The position numbers and the translations under genes are program-made. 63,519 bases of DNA from Bacteroidota bacterium (lineage in GTDB: Bacteria; Bacteroidota; Bacteroidia; AKYH767-A; OLB10), in assembly GCA_029547265.1 (NCBI GenBank), contig JAKPPP010000183.1, forward strand, positions 1 to 63,519. Reading direction: 5' to 3'. This document shows positions 30,014 to 38,900 of the stretch, piece after piece. Each line of letters starts with the position of its first letter. Positions within the stretch are counted from its first letter, which is position 1. The notes below the pieces were generated by a model that was given only the letters and a program-made list of their open reading frames with translations, had not been told where the DNA came from and made no database searches.

Positions 30014-31411
30014 TTATTTTATGGAAGTTAATATGTCTTTTATATCAGAGATGATTTTTTCAGCGAGATTATTAGCAGTAGTCATTGATTGACTTTCCGA
30101 ATAAATTCTAATGATTGGCTCGGTATTCGACTTACGAAGGTGCACCCACTCTTTATCAAATTCTATCTTCACTCCGTCAACAATGTTGATCGGTTGCTTC
30201 GCGTATTTTGTGCGAATATTTTCGAGTATCAAGTCAACATTAATTTCAGGTGTTAACTCGATTTTATTTTTCGAAATAAAATAATCAGGATAAGATGCTC
30301 TTAGCATTGAACAACTCTTTCCGTATTTAGCAAGATGCGTTAAGAACAATGCAATACCTGCTAAGGCATCGCGACCATAATGCAACTCAGGAAGGATAAC
30401 TCCTCCGTTTCCTTCGCCACCTATAACAGCGTTCGTTGCTTTCATCATTTCAACAACATTCACTTCACCCACTGCTGCAGCAGAATGTTTTCCACCATGC
30501 TTTTCTGTAACATCACGCAATGCTCTAGTTGAAGATAAATTTGAAACTGTATTCCCTTTCTTATGCTGAAGAATAAAATCAGCAATCGAAACCAATGTAT
30601 ATTCTTCGCCAAACATTTCCCCGTCTTCGCAAACTATTGCTAAACGATCTACATCCGGATCAACTACTAATCCCAAGTGCGCACCCTTCTTAACTACTTC
30701 TTTAGAAATCTCCGTTAAGTGTTCAGGTAATGGCTCGGGGTTGTGAGGAAACTGTCCGTCAGGAGTACAAAACAATTCTATCACTTCAGATACTCCCAAT
30801 GCCTTTAAAAGCGCAGGAACAGCAATTCCTCCTGTTGAATTCACACAGTCAATAGCTACTTTGAAATTCTTTGCAGCAATTGCTTTGCGATCTACATATG
30901 GTAATGCAAGAATTGATTCAATATGTCTTGCGATTGATAGTTGATCAAGTGAAACTTGTCCGAGTTTATTTACATCAGCAAAAACAACTTCATCGCTTTC
31001 TGCAATTCTTAATAATTCTGTTCCGTCATTTGCCGAAATAAATTCTCCTTTTTCGTTTAACAACTTCAAGGCATTCCATTGCTTCGGATTATGGCTGGCA
31101 GTTAATATAATTCCGCCTTGTGCTTGGTGATACGGTACCGCCATCTCCACAGTAGGCGTAGTTGATAATCCGGTATCAATTACATCAATTCCTAAACTGC
31201 ACAAAGTAGACACTACTAATCCCGAAACCATTTCGCCGGATATACGTGCATCGCGACCAATAACTACTTTGCAACGAACTCCGGGATTTCGCATAGTTAA
31301 CCATGCGCCATATGCTGATGAAAATTTTATGATGTCGACAGGAGTTAATGCATCCCCCGGCTTACCACCAATGGTACCGCGAATTCCTGATATTGATTTT
31401 ATAAGCGTCAT
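30014..31411 (-). CDS. glmM: Phosphoglucosamine mutase / phosphohexomutase
   Basis: SISGIRG, GRDAR.SG, TASHNP, DPDVDR, GGEGNGG, RKSNTEP. Confidence 0.93.
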   Translation of the reverse strand: MTLIKSISGIRGTIGGKPGDALTPVDIIKFSSAYGAWLTMRNPGVRCKVVIGRDARISGEMVSGLVVSTLCSLGIDVIDTGLSTTPTVEMAVPYHQAQGGIILTASHNPKQWNALKLLNEKGEFISANDGTELLRIAESDEVVFADVNKLGQVSLDQLSIARHIESILALPYVDRKAIAAKNFKVAIDCVNSTGGIAVPALLKALGVSEVIELFCTPDGQFPHNPEPLPEHLTEISKEVVKKGAHLGLVVDPDVDRLAIVCEDGEMFGEEYTLVSIADFILQHKKGNTVSNLSSTRALRDVTEKHGGKHSAAAVGEVNVVEMMKATNAVIGGEGNGGVILPELHYGRDALAGIALFLTHLAKYGKSCSMLRASYPDYFISKNKIELTPEINVDLILENIRTKYAKQPINIVDGVKIEFDKEWVHLRKSNTEPIIRIYSESQSMTTANNLAEKIISDIKDILTSIK

Positions 31412-31462
31412 TACTTTACTCCGATTCTAATTTAATTTTATTTGTACTGATTTTAAGAGGCG

Positions 31463-31470
31463 CAAATATA
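31463..31470 (-). promoter_or_regulatory. Bacteroidota sigma-A -7 element for glmM-iscS
   Basis: TATATTTG on minus strand = TAnnTTTG, 52 bp before ATG. Confidence 0.6.
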
Positions 31471-31528
31471 CGCTTTTCAGAGGTACAGAACTACAAAAAC
31501 CTGATTGGAATAACATTTACTTGAAAAT

Positions 31529-31553
31529 AAAAAAGCCGGCATTTTACCGGCTT
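31529..31553 (-). terminator. Intrinsic terminator after ribBA
   Basis: AAGCCGG-N7-CCGGCTT followed by a U run on the minus strand. Confidence 0.7.
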
Positions 31554-31562
31554 CATCTATTT

Positions 31563-32780
31563 TTAATCGACTTTAATGGTATGTCCCATTTTATCGCGCT
31601 TGGTTTGCAAATAAAAATGGTTGTGAACATTTGAATGAACCTCTAATGCAACTTGTTCAACAATTTCTAGTCCGTAGCCAATCAATCCTACACGTTTTGT
31701 CGGATTATTTGTCATTAGCTTCATCTTCGTTATTCCAAGATCACGGATTATCTGAGCTCCCACGCCATAGTCGCGTTCGTCCATCTTAAATCCTAGTTGA
31801 AGATTGGCTTCTACAGTATCTAAACCTTCTTCTTGAAGCTTGTATGCTTTCAATTTATTTAAAAGGCCAATTCCTCTTCCCTCTTGGTTCATATAGACAA
31901 TTACTCCTTTGCCTTCTTTTTCAATTATCTGCATTGCCTTGTGCAACTGCGGACCACAATCGCAACGACATGACCCGAAAATATCACCCGTAATACAAGA
32001 AGAGTGAACCCTAACCAATACAGGCTCTTCTTTCTCCCATGTTCCTTTTACCAATGCGAGATGCTCTTGTTGAGTATTGGTTTGTGTATATGCTACAAGT
32101 CTGAAATTCCCATACTCTGTTGGCATGTCCACTTCTACTTTACGATCAATCAATGATTCATGCTCCAAACGATATTTAATCAGTTGCTCAATAGACACTA
32201 TTTTCATTGAGAACTTCTTGGCAATCTCTAAAAGCTCAGGAAGACGAGCCATGCTGCCATCTTCATTCATTATTTCAACAATTGTTCCTGAAGGTTGAAA
32301 TCCGGCAATTCGAGCCATATCCATCGATGCTTCAGTATGTCCCGCACGACGAATAACGCCACCTGTCTTAGCTCTAAGAGGGAAAATATGTCCGGGGCGA
32401 CCTAAATCTTCAGGCTTTGTATCTTTATTGATTAATGCTAAAATTGTTTTCGATCGATCAGAAGCTGAAATACCTGTTGTGCAACCATGTCCTAATAAAT
32501 CTACCGATACGGTAAATGCTGTTTCATGAGACGCAGTATTATTGTTAACCATCATCGGAAGATTCAACTCTTGACATCTTTCCTCTGACAGAGAAACGCA
32601 AATTAATCCACGGCCATGAGTAGCCATAAAGTTGATTACTTCAGGAGTAGCGCATTCCGAAGCAACAAGAAAATCTCCTTCATTTTCACGGTCCTCATCA
32701 TCAACTACAATCACAATTTTACCATTACGAATGTCCTCTAATGCCTCTTCTATGGTATTTAAAACACTATTTGTATTCAT
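31563..32780 (-). CDS. ribBA: Bifunctional DHBP synthase / GTP cyclohydrolase II
   Basis: [55 protein letters not shown]. Confidence 0.97.
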   Translation of the reverse strand: MNTNSVLNTIEEALEDIRNGKIVIVVDDEDRENEGDFLVASECATPEVINFMATHGRGLICVSLSEERCQELNLPMMVNNNTASHETAFTVSVDLLGHGCTTGISASDRSKTILALINKDTKPEDLGRPGHIFPLRAKTGGVIRRAGHTEASMDMARIAGFQPSGTIVEIMNEDGSMARLPELLEIAKKFSMKIVSIEQLIKYRLEHESLIDRKVEVDMPTEYGNFRLVAYTQTNTQQEHLALVKGTWEKEEPVLVRVHSSCITGDIFGSCRCDCGPQLHKAMQIIEKEGKGVIVYMNQEGRGIGLLNKLKAYKLQEEGLDTVEANLQLGFKMDERDYGVGAQIIRDLGITKMKLMTNNPTKRVGLIGYGLEIVEQVALEVHSNVHNHFYLQTKRDKMGHTIKVD

Positions 32781-32810
32781 GGGGAGATTTTTTTCTTTTT
32801 ATTGGTACTG

Positions 32811-32818
32811 CAAAGTTA
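32811..32818 (-). promoter_or_regulatory. Sigma-A -7 element for ribBA
   Basis: TAACTTTG on minus strand, 30 bp before ATG. Confidence 0.65.
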
Positions 32819-32974
32819 CTGAATCCTTTTGCGGCATCCTTGTTTTATTATGATTTTCGACAGTTCTCGAATCATTTTGTCGATTTTCTTACAATCGATT
32901 TTTATGGCGAGAAATATAATTTATAGAGGTAACATTCAGTAGTCGTGCAAAGTTTTTGTCATATTTTAATCGTT

Positions 32975-33003
32975 TTACAACTCACTGACTTACAGTTGTA
33001 AGT
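32975..33003. promoter_or_regulatory. Nested inverted repeats, possible operator
   Basis: TTACAACT-N11-AGTTGTAA (32975-33001) and ACTTACA-GT-TGTAAGT (32988-33003). Confidence 0.35.
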
Positions 33004-33018
33004 AAATATGAAAAAAGG

Positions 33019-33051
33019 GTAACCTTAGTAGATCATGCCCGTTTAACTTCG
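33019..33051 (+). promoter_or_regulatory. Candidate promoter for the hairpin array (ECF-like AAC-N16-CGT, overlapping a sigma-A-like TAACTTCG)
   Basis: GTAACC at 33019-33024, CGTTT at 33040-33044; TAACTTCG at 33044-33051 (one mismatch to TAnnTTTG). Confidence 0.4.
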
Positions 33052-33114
33052 ATATAAAACCTAGAGTGATTAAGGTTTTCGTTCTTAAAAGAGCATTTAA
33101 AAAAGCAAAAACAA

Positions 33115-33386
33115 TAGGGTTTTGTTTGGTTTAGGTTGATGTCAGGTATGGGCTGCCCCGTAAGGCAGCCCGGGCTGACTAAATCAAATATTCTCTATGA
33201 CGATATTGCCCCGTAAGGCATAACACATGGTTTTGGTGTTTTTAGGTTGATTGTCAGATAAGGAGTAACCCCGTAAGGTTACTCCGGACTGACTCCTCCA
33301 AATCCGGTGTGAGAAGAATGGTTAGCTTTTCTGGTTGATTGTCAGTTCGTAAGCAGCCCCGTAAGGCTGCAAGAACTGACTTTTTT
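33115..33386 (+). ncRNA. Putative structured non-coding RNA made of tandem covarying hairpin units
   Basis: Four CC-CCGTAA-GG apices (loops at 33158, 33211, 33271, 33359); three full units with GGTTGAT(T)GTCAG...CTGAC frame and different but perfectly paired inner stems; ends in TTTTTT; no ORF >=60 aa. Strand inferred. Confidence 0.7.
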
Positions 33387-33390
33387 CATT

Positions 33391-34419
33391 TTAAGCCGTT
33401 TGTGCCTTCTTCTTTAAGTTCAATATTGAAAATTCAGAATCTTCTTTCTTTATAGTATTTGATAAACATCCTAATCCGTCGATTGTCATTTCTACAACAT
33501 CCCCGGCTTGCAACCATTGAACAGGATAATTCGGATCATTTAGTTTACCGGTTCCGTTTAATTCGAGGAAACATCCGGTTCCGACTGTACCGCTACCGAT
33601 TACGTCTCCGGGAAAAATATCTACACCGTAAGCACAACGTTCAACGATTTCTGCGAATGTCCAATCCATATCTCCCATATTTCCTTCACTAACCTGAATT
33701 CCGTTAACGGTACAAGTCATTCGCAAGTTGTAATTATTCCCTTCATGACCGGGTTTAGCTGGAATAAGAAAAGAAGCTAATTCATCGGGAGTTACCATAA
33801 ATGGACCGATAACAGTAGAAAAATCCTTCCCTTTAGCAGGCCCGAGGTTCAACTTCATCTCCTCCATTTGAAGCAAACGAGCACTCATATCGTTCATAAT
33901 CATATATCCTGCAATATATGCATCGGCATCTTTAGCTTTAACATTTCTTCCACGCTTTCCGATTACGATAGCGCCCTCTAATTCGAAATCGAGTTGACGG
34001 AAATGATCGGGCATACAATAGATATCTCCGGGACCTTGAATAGCATTATGATTTGTAAAGTAGAATATAGGATACTCGTCAAATTCAGCAATCATTTCAA
34101 CTCCGCGGTTGCGGCGAGCTGCTGCCACATGTTGACGGAAAGCATATCCGTCGCGGCAAGAAGTAGGCTGAGGTACAGGGGCTAGCACTTCAATTTCGTT
34201 CCATGAAAAAGAAGCAGAAGTCACCTCCCCGGCTTTAATTTTAGCCTCTACAACTTTCGCTTGATTCATTGCAGCCTCCTCACCTTCAAGCAATTCGCGC
34301 ATAGAAAAAGGAACAGAAAGTCCTAAAGCTTTTCCTGCTTCTTGATAAGGATAAATTTTATCGTTTACATAAATCCCTACTGCGGGACCACCTTGGTATT
34401 TAAAGCTAACTAATTTCAT
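33391..34419 (-). CDS. Fumarylacetoacetate hydrolase family protein
   Basis: SCRDGYAFRQHV, LDFELE, GYMIMNDMSAR, GPAKGKDF, PGDVIGSGTVG; start set at ATG 34419; divergent from hmgA. Confidence 0.93.
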   Translation of the reverse strand: MKLVSFKYQGGPAVGIYVNDKIYPYQEAGKALGLSVPFSMRELLEGEEAAMNQAKVVEAKIKAGEVTSASFSWNEIEVLAPVPQPTSCRDGYAFRQHVAAARRNRGVEMIAEFDEYPIFYFTNHNAIQGPGDIYCMPDHFRQLDFELEGAIVIGKRGRNVKAKDADAYIAGYMIMNDMSARLLQMEEMKLNLGPAKGKDFSTVIGPFMVTPDELASFLIPAKPGHEGNNYNLRMTCTVNGIQVSEGNMGDMDWTFAEIVERCAYGVDIFPGDVIGSGTVGTGCFLELNGTGKLNDPNYPVQWLQAGDVVEMTIDGLGCLSNTIKKEDSEFSILNLKKKAQTA

Positions 34420-34438
34420 GATAATTCTAATTTGGTTA

Positions 34439-34463
34439 CAAAAGTAGCCATTGGTTAAATTTG
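34439..34463. promoter_or_regulatory. Back-to-back divergent -7 elements (fah and hmgA)
   Basis: TACTTTTG on minus (34439-34446) and TAAATTTG on plus (34456-34463), both TAnnTTTG. Confidence 0.55.
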
Positions 34464-34520
34464 CACCATCTAAATTGCAAAAGATATTTCCGATCTTGTG
34501 CACCCAAACCTCAAATTACG

Positions 34521-35678
34521 ATGCCACAATATCATTCACAAGGAAGTTTTCCGAAAAAAAGACATACCCAGTTCCGAAAACCGGATGGAAATTTATATTC
34601 GGAAGAATTAGTATCCACTCACGGATTTTCGAATGTATATTCATTAATATACCATTGTCATCCTCCGACGTTGGTAAAATCGGTTGGAGAACCATTTTCA
34701 AGAGAGCCGAAAGTTGCATTTCAAAGATTTTTGCGTCATCAAAGCTTTCAAGGATTTCAGGTAAAGCCTGAAGAAGATTATATAGAAAGTAAAAAGGCCG
34801 TTCTAGTAAATAATGACCTACACATTTCGTTGGCGGCGCCAAAAAAATCTATCACCGAATATTTCTTAAAAAACGCCGATGCCGATGAAGTAATTTTCGT
34901 GCATCAAGGCTCAGGAGTTTTAAAAACCATTTATGGCGATATAAATTTCGGCTATGGCGACTATTTGGTAATCCCAAGAGGTACAATTTTTCAACTGCAT
35001 TTCAACGACGAAGACAATAGGCTATTTATTGTTGATTCATTTACGGCTATTGAATTCCCGAAAAGGTACATGAACACCTACGGACAATTAGAAGAACATG
35101 CTCCATTTTGCGAAAGAGACATCCGTAAGCCTCAGAATATGAAGACGTTCGACGAAACAGGAGAATTCAGAGTGATGATAAAAAAGCAAGGAATCGTTTA
35201 TCCTTATACTTACGCGACGCATCCGTTTGACGCTATTGGCTGGGACGGCAACTTATACCCTTACGCATTTAATATCAGCGACTTTGAACCTATTACAGGT
35301 CGACTTCATATGCCCCCTCCAATACACCAAACATTTGAAGCTCACAACTTCGTAATCTGTTCATTTGTGCCTAGAATGTACGACTATCATCCTCAATCAA
35401 TCCCGGCACCGTATAACCATTCGAACGTAGACTCAGATGAAGTACTTTACTATGTTGACGGGGACTTTATGAGTCGAAAATCGGTAACCAAAGGACAAAT
35501 AACACTCCATCCAGCGGGAATACCACATGGTCCGCATCCAGGTACGGTAGAAAAAAGCATTGGGGCAAAAGAAACACACGAATTAGCAGTGATGGTTGAC
35601 ACTTTTAAACCATTATGGCTAACTGAAGAAGGCTTAAAAATTATGTCGGACGATTATTACAAATCTTGGATTTCATAA
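34521..35678 (+). CDS. hmgA: Homogentisate 1,2-dioxygenase
   Basis: P.KRHTQFR, NADADE..FVH.G.G, HPFD..GWDG, H.PPP.HQTF, PYNHSNVDSDEV.YY, LHPAG.PHGPHPG, ELAVMVDTF; start ATG 34521. Confidence 0.95.
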   Translation: MPQYHSQGSFPKKRHTQFRKPDGNLYSEELVSTHGFSNVYSLIYHCHPPTLVKSVGEPFSREPKVAFQRFLRHQSFQGFQVKPEEDYIESKKAVLVNNDLHISLAAPKKSITEYFLKNADADEVIFVHQGSGVLKTIYGDINFGYGDYLVIPRGTIFQLHFNDEDNRLFIVDSFTAIEFPKRYMNTYGQLEEHAPFCERDIRKPQNMKTFDETGEFRVMIKKQGIVYPYTYATHPFDAIGWDGNLYPYAFNISDFEPITGRLHMPPPIHQTFEAHNFVICSFVPRMYDYHPQSIPAPYNHSNVDSDEVLYYVDGDFMSRKSVTKGQITLHPAGIPHGPHPGTVEKSIGAKETHELAVMVDTFKPLWLTEEGLKIMSDDYYKSWIS

Positions 35679-35712
35679 ATTAAGCAAGAGCAGTTCCTTC
35701 TGCATTACTCAT

Positions 35713-35750
35713 AACGAGGTGATTAGACAATAATCGCCTCGTTTTTTTTT
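35713..35750 (+). terminator. Intrinsic terminator after hmgA
   Basis: 13-bp stem AACGAGGTGATTA / TAATCGCCTCGTT, T9 run. Confidence 0.88.
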
Positions 35751-35930
35751 GTATTTAGCGGTGAATAAACCCTTCTAAACGAACTAACTTCACATAAAAT
35801 TGTAATTTGTTGAAAATTCCAATTAAAAATCGACTTTCAATTTCAAAACCGAAGTATTATTTTCTTATTTTTGAAACTTCCTGTGACATATACACATCAA
35901 AACTCAACTGAAAAACCAAATAATTACCTT

Positions 35931-38900
35931 ATGAAACGACTGATCTTTACGCTTTTACTTATCGTCAATGCTACGATGTTGAAGGCGCAGTTCACGGAAA
36001 ACTTCGATGGACCGGGGCCTTACGGGTTAACACCGACCGGCTCGCCGGGATGGAGCATCGACCCCACTTATTCGACTAGTAGCCCTAATAGCTACAAAGG
36101 AGAATATGGAATAGGTGGAACTGTTTACCTGACAAGTAACAGCTTCAGCACTGTCGGAAACAACTTCGTTGTACTGAACTTCAAACAAATTTGTAAAATT
36201 GAATTCGTAGATACTGCCAAAATCGAAATATCGATAGATGGCGGAACTACTTGGACTCAAGTTACTTCGGCTAACAGTTCTTACCTTGGTGCCGGGGATT
36301 TCGCAAATCAGTATGACAGATTTAGCGAAATATCATACCCTGCTGATTGGGCGCTAGGTAATGCTATTCCCCCAACTAATGGTTGGTGGAAAAATGAAGG
36401 ATTCGATATTTCTCAATTAGCGAATAATGCAGCTGATGTTAGAGTGCGATTTGTTTTAGTTGATTTCCTTAGTAATAATGGTTTGAACGGAAATTACGGA
36501 TGGTTGTTAGATGATATTTCTGTTGTTGCCTCACCTTGCGAACTTATCCCTCCTACTGTTACACCTCAAGTTGGATATCCAATTTGGCAAAATACTGTAT
36601 ATAACCTAGGACCATATGATGTTTATATTCATGGGGAAGACAATTCATTAGATCCTATTCAACCTATGGGAGAACTTTACTATTCAGTAAATGGTGGTTC
36701 ATATAATCCTGTTGGCGGTACATTTTTAGTTACCGGAGATAGTACTTGGTATACACAGATCCCTCCTGCTGACTCTGTTAATGAAACAATTTGTTGGTAT
36801 ACGGAACTATATGATAACTGTGGAAATATTGGTGTTTCCGACACTTTTTGCTTCACAACAGCGGATGGAAGTTCAGTTCCATTCTGCGACAATTTCGAGG
36901 ATCCAACTGCATCATTTGGACTTTGGGACACTACCAATGTTGCGGGTTCAAATTGGGATATTGGTGTCCCTTCAGGAATCACTCCTCATGGAGGATCAAA
37001 TGTAGCGGGTGTAAGTTTAAGCGGAAACTATGTTGTATTTTCTGAAGCATATATAACATCCCCAATATGGGATTTCTCAGGAGTTACTTTAGCGAATTTA
37101 CAATTCTGGAATACGTTTGATTCAGAGGATACTTACGATGGTACAGTTTTTCAGTATACTACTAATCCAACCGATCCGTCACCAACTTGGACAACTATCG
37201 GAACAACCAATGATCCTAATGGAGTTAATTGGTATAATGGAACTATTTTCGGTGGCGACTCTGCTGCTTGGACTGGTAACTCGAATTGGCAAGAATCAAC
37301 CTATGAATTAGGTACGGTTGCTGGCCTTCCGGGTGCAATAACAGCTCAATTCAGATTTAGATTTACGTCTGATGTAACCATAAATGGTGCAGGATTCTTC
37401 ATGGATGACTTCTGTATTAAAATACCTTGCGGTGATGACGTAGGTATTAAAGCATTAACATCTCCTTTAAATGGAACAGGTATTCCTGCCGGACAACCCA
37501 CTAATATTAACGTGGTACTTAAAAACTTTGGTTTAAACCCTCAAACAGGTTTCGATGTAGTTTATCAAGTTAATAGCAATGCGCCTGTTACAACAACATT
37601 TGCGGGATCACTTAATGCTTCTGCTCAAACAGCATATGGTTTAACAGGTATTGTTGCTCCATCAGGCGCATTTACCGTTTGTATGTGGACAAACTTAACA
37701 GGAGACTGCGACCTAACGAATGATACAATTTGTGTTAATTTAGTAGGAATTCCAACAATACCAGCTCCTTATTGTGATGATTTTGAAAGCGGTAACATTG
37801 GATGGGTTGCTAATATCGATCCGAATGCAGCAAATCAAACAGATGTTTGGGAACTAGGAACTCCGACTTCCGGTATTCCAGCTTCTGCATTTTCAGGAAC
37901 AAATGCATGGGACGTGAACTTAGCAAACCCTTATGGATCTGACGCATTAACATATTTATACACTCCATTCATTGATTTCAGCAGTGTTTCAACAGGAGAA
38001 GTCAAGTTTGATTTATTCTATGATGCGCAAGCTGGTGGCGATGGTGTAACTTTAGAATATTCTACTGATGGTGGTATTTCTTGGAATAATGTAGGAAATG
38101 ACCCAAATTGCGCTAAAAATTGGTATAATAGCAATATTTTAATTGGTGGAAATGCTACTGATGCATGGTCGGGCCCTAACTCAGGTTGGATATTCCCTTC
38201 TTACAAATTATGTTGTCTTGCTAACGTATTAGGTAATGCTACTCCTGTTCAATTCCGTTTCGTATTTGCTTCTAATGGATTTGCTACCTTAACTGGTGGT
38301 GCAACAATCGACGACTTCTGCGTTACAGGATCTAATGGTGATGATGTTGGAGTTGCGTCTGTTGGAAACGGAGTGACCAATTTCCCTTCCGGAAGTCCAC
38401 TAGCTTTACCAATTACTATTTCGAATTCAAGCTCGACAAATACTATAACAAGTATTCCTATTTCTTATTCTACATCTAACGGTCAAACCGGTTCATTCAT
38501 ATGGACAGGAAGTTTACCTCCTTGCAGTGTATTAGGAATTACCTTGCCGGCAATTAATATTCCTGCAGGCCCTATGGATGTATGTGCTTGGACGACATTG
38601 GCAGGTGACATAAACTTATTAAACGATACTTCTTGTGCTTCAATATTTGGTGTGCCAACTGTAACTGCACCTTATTGTGATGACTTTGAAGGTGGTAATT
38701 TAGGTTGGGTTGCAAGTATTGATCCCTCAACTGCAAACCAAACAGATATTTGGGAATTAGGAACACCGGGGCAAGCACCAAATGCTGCGAATTCCGGAAC
38801 TAATGCGTGGGACGTTAATCTTGCCAATGCTTATTCTGACGATGCTTTAACTTGGTTAGCTTCACCATTCTTTGACTTTAGCAGTATTACATCTGGTGAA

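Noticed and set aside
33184-33228. Minus-strand 14-codon ORF (MCYALRGNIVIENI) after an A/C-rich leader
   Set aside because: The equivalent positions of the other units have no ATG, so a peptide array is not supported.
33115-33386. Hairpin array as a CRISPR array
   Set aside because: Units are not identical repeats with unique spacers; the variable parts are self-complementary stems, spacing is irregular (53, 60, 88 nt) and no cas gene is in the window.
33115-33386. Type III toxin-antitoxin RNA array or integron attC array
   Set aside because: No downstream toxin ORF on the plus strand, no cassette ORFs, no integrase and no RYYYAAC...GTTRRRY boundaries.
32781-33390. FMN riboswitch upstream of ribBA
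   Set aside because: No RFN consensus (AGGGCGGGG..AATTCCCGACCG, GGATG.GAG) seen, and a -7 promoter lies only 30 bp from the ribBA start.
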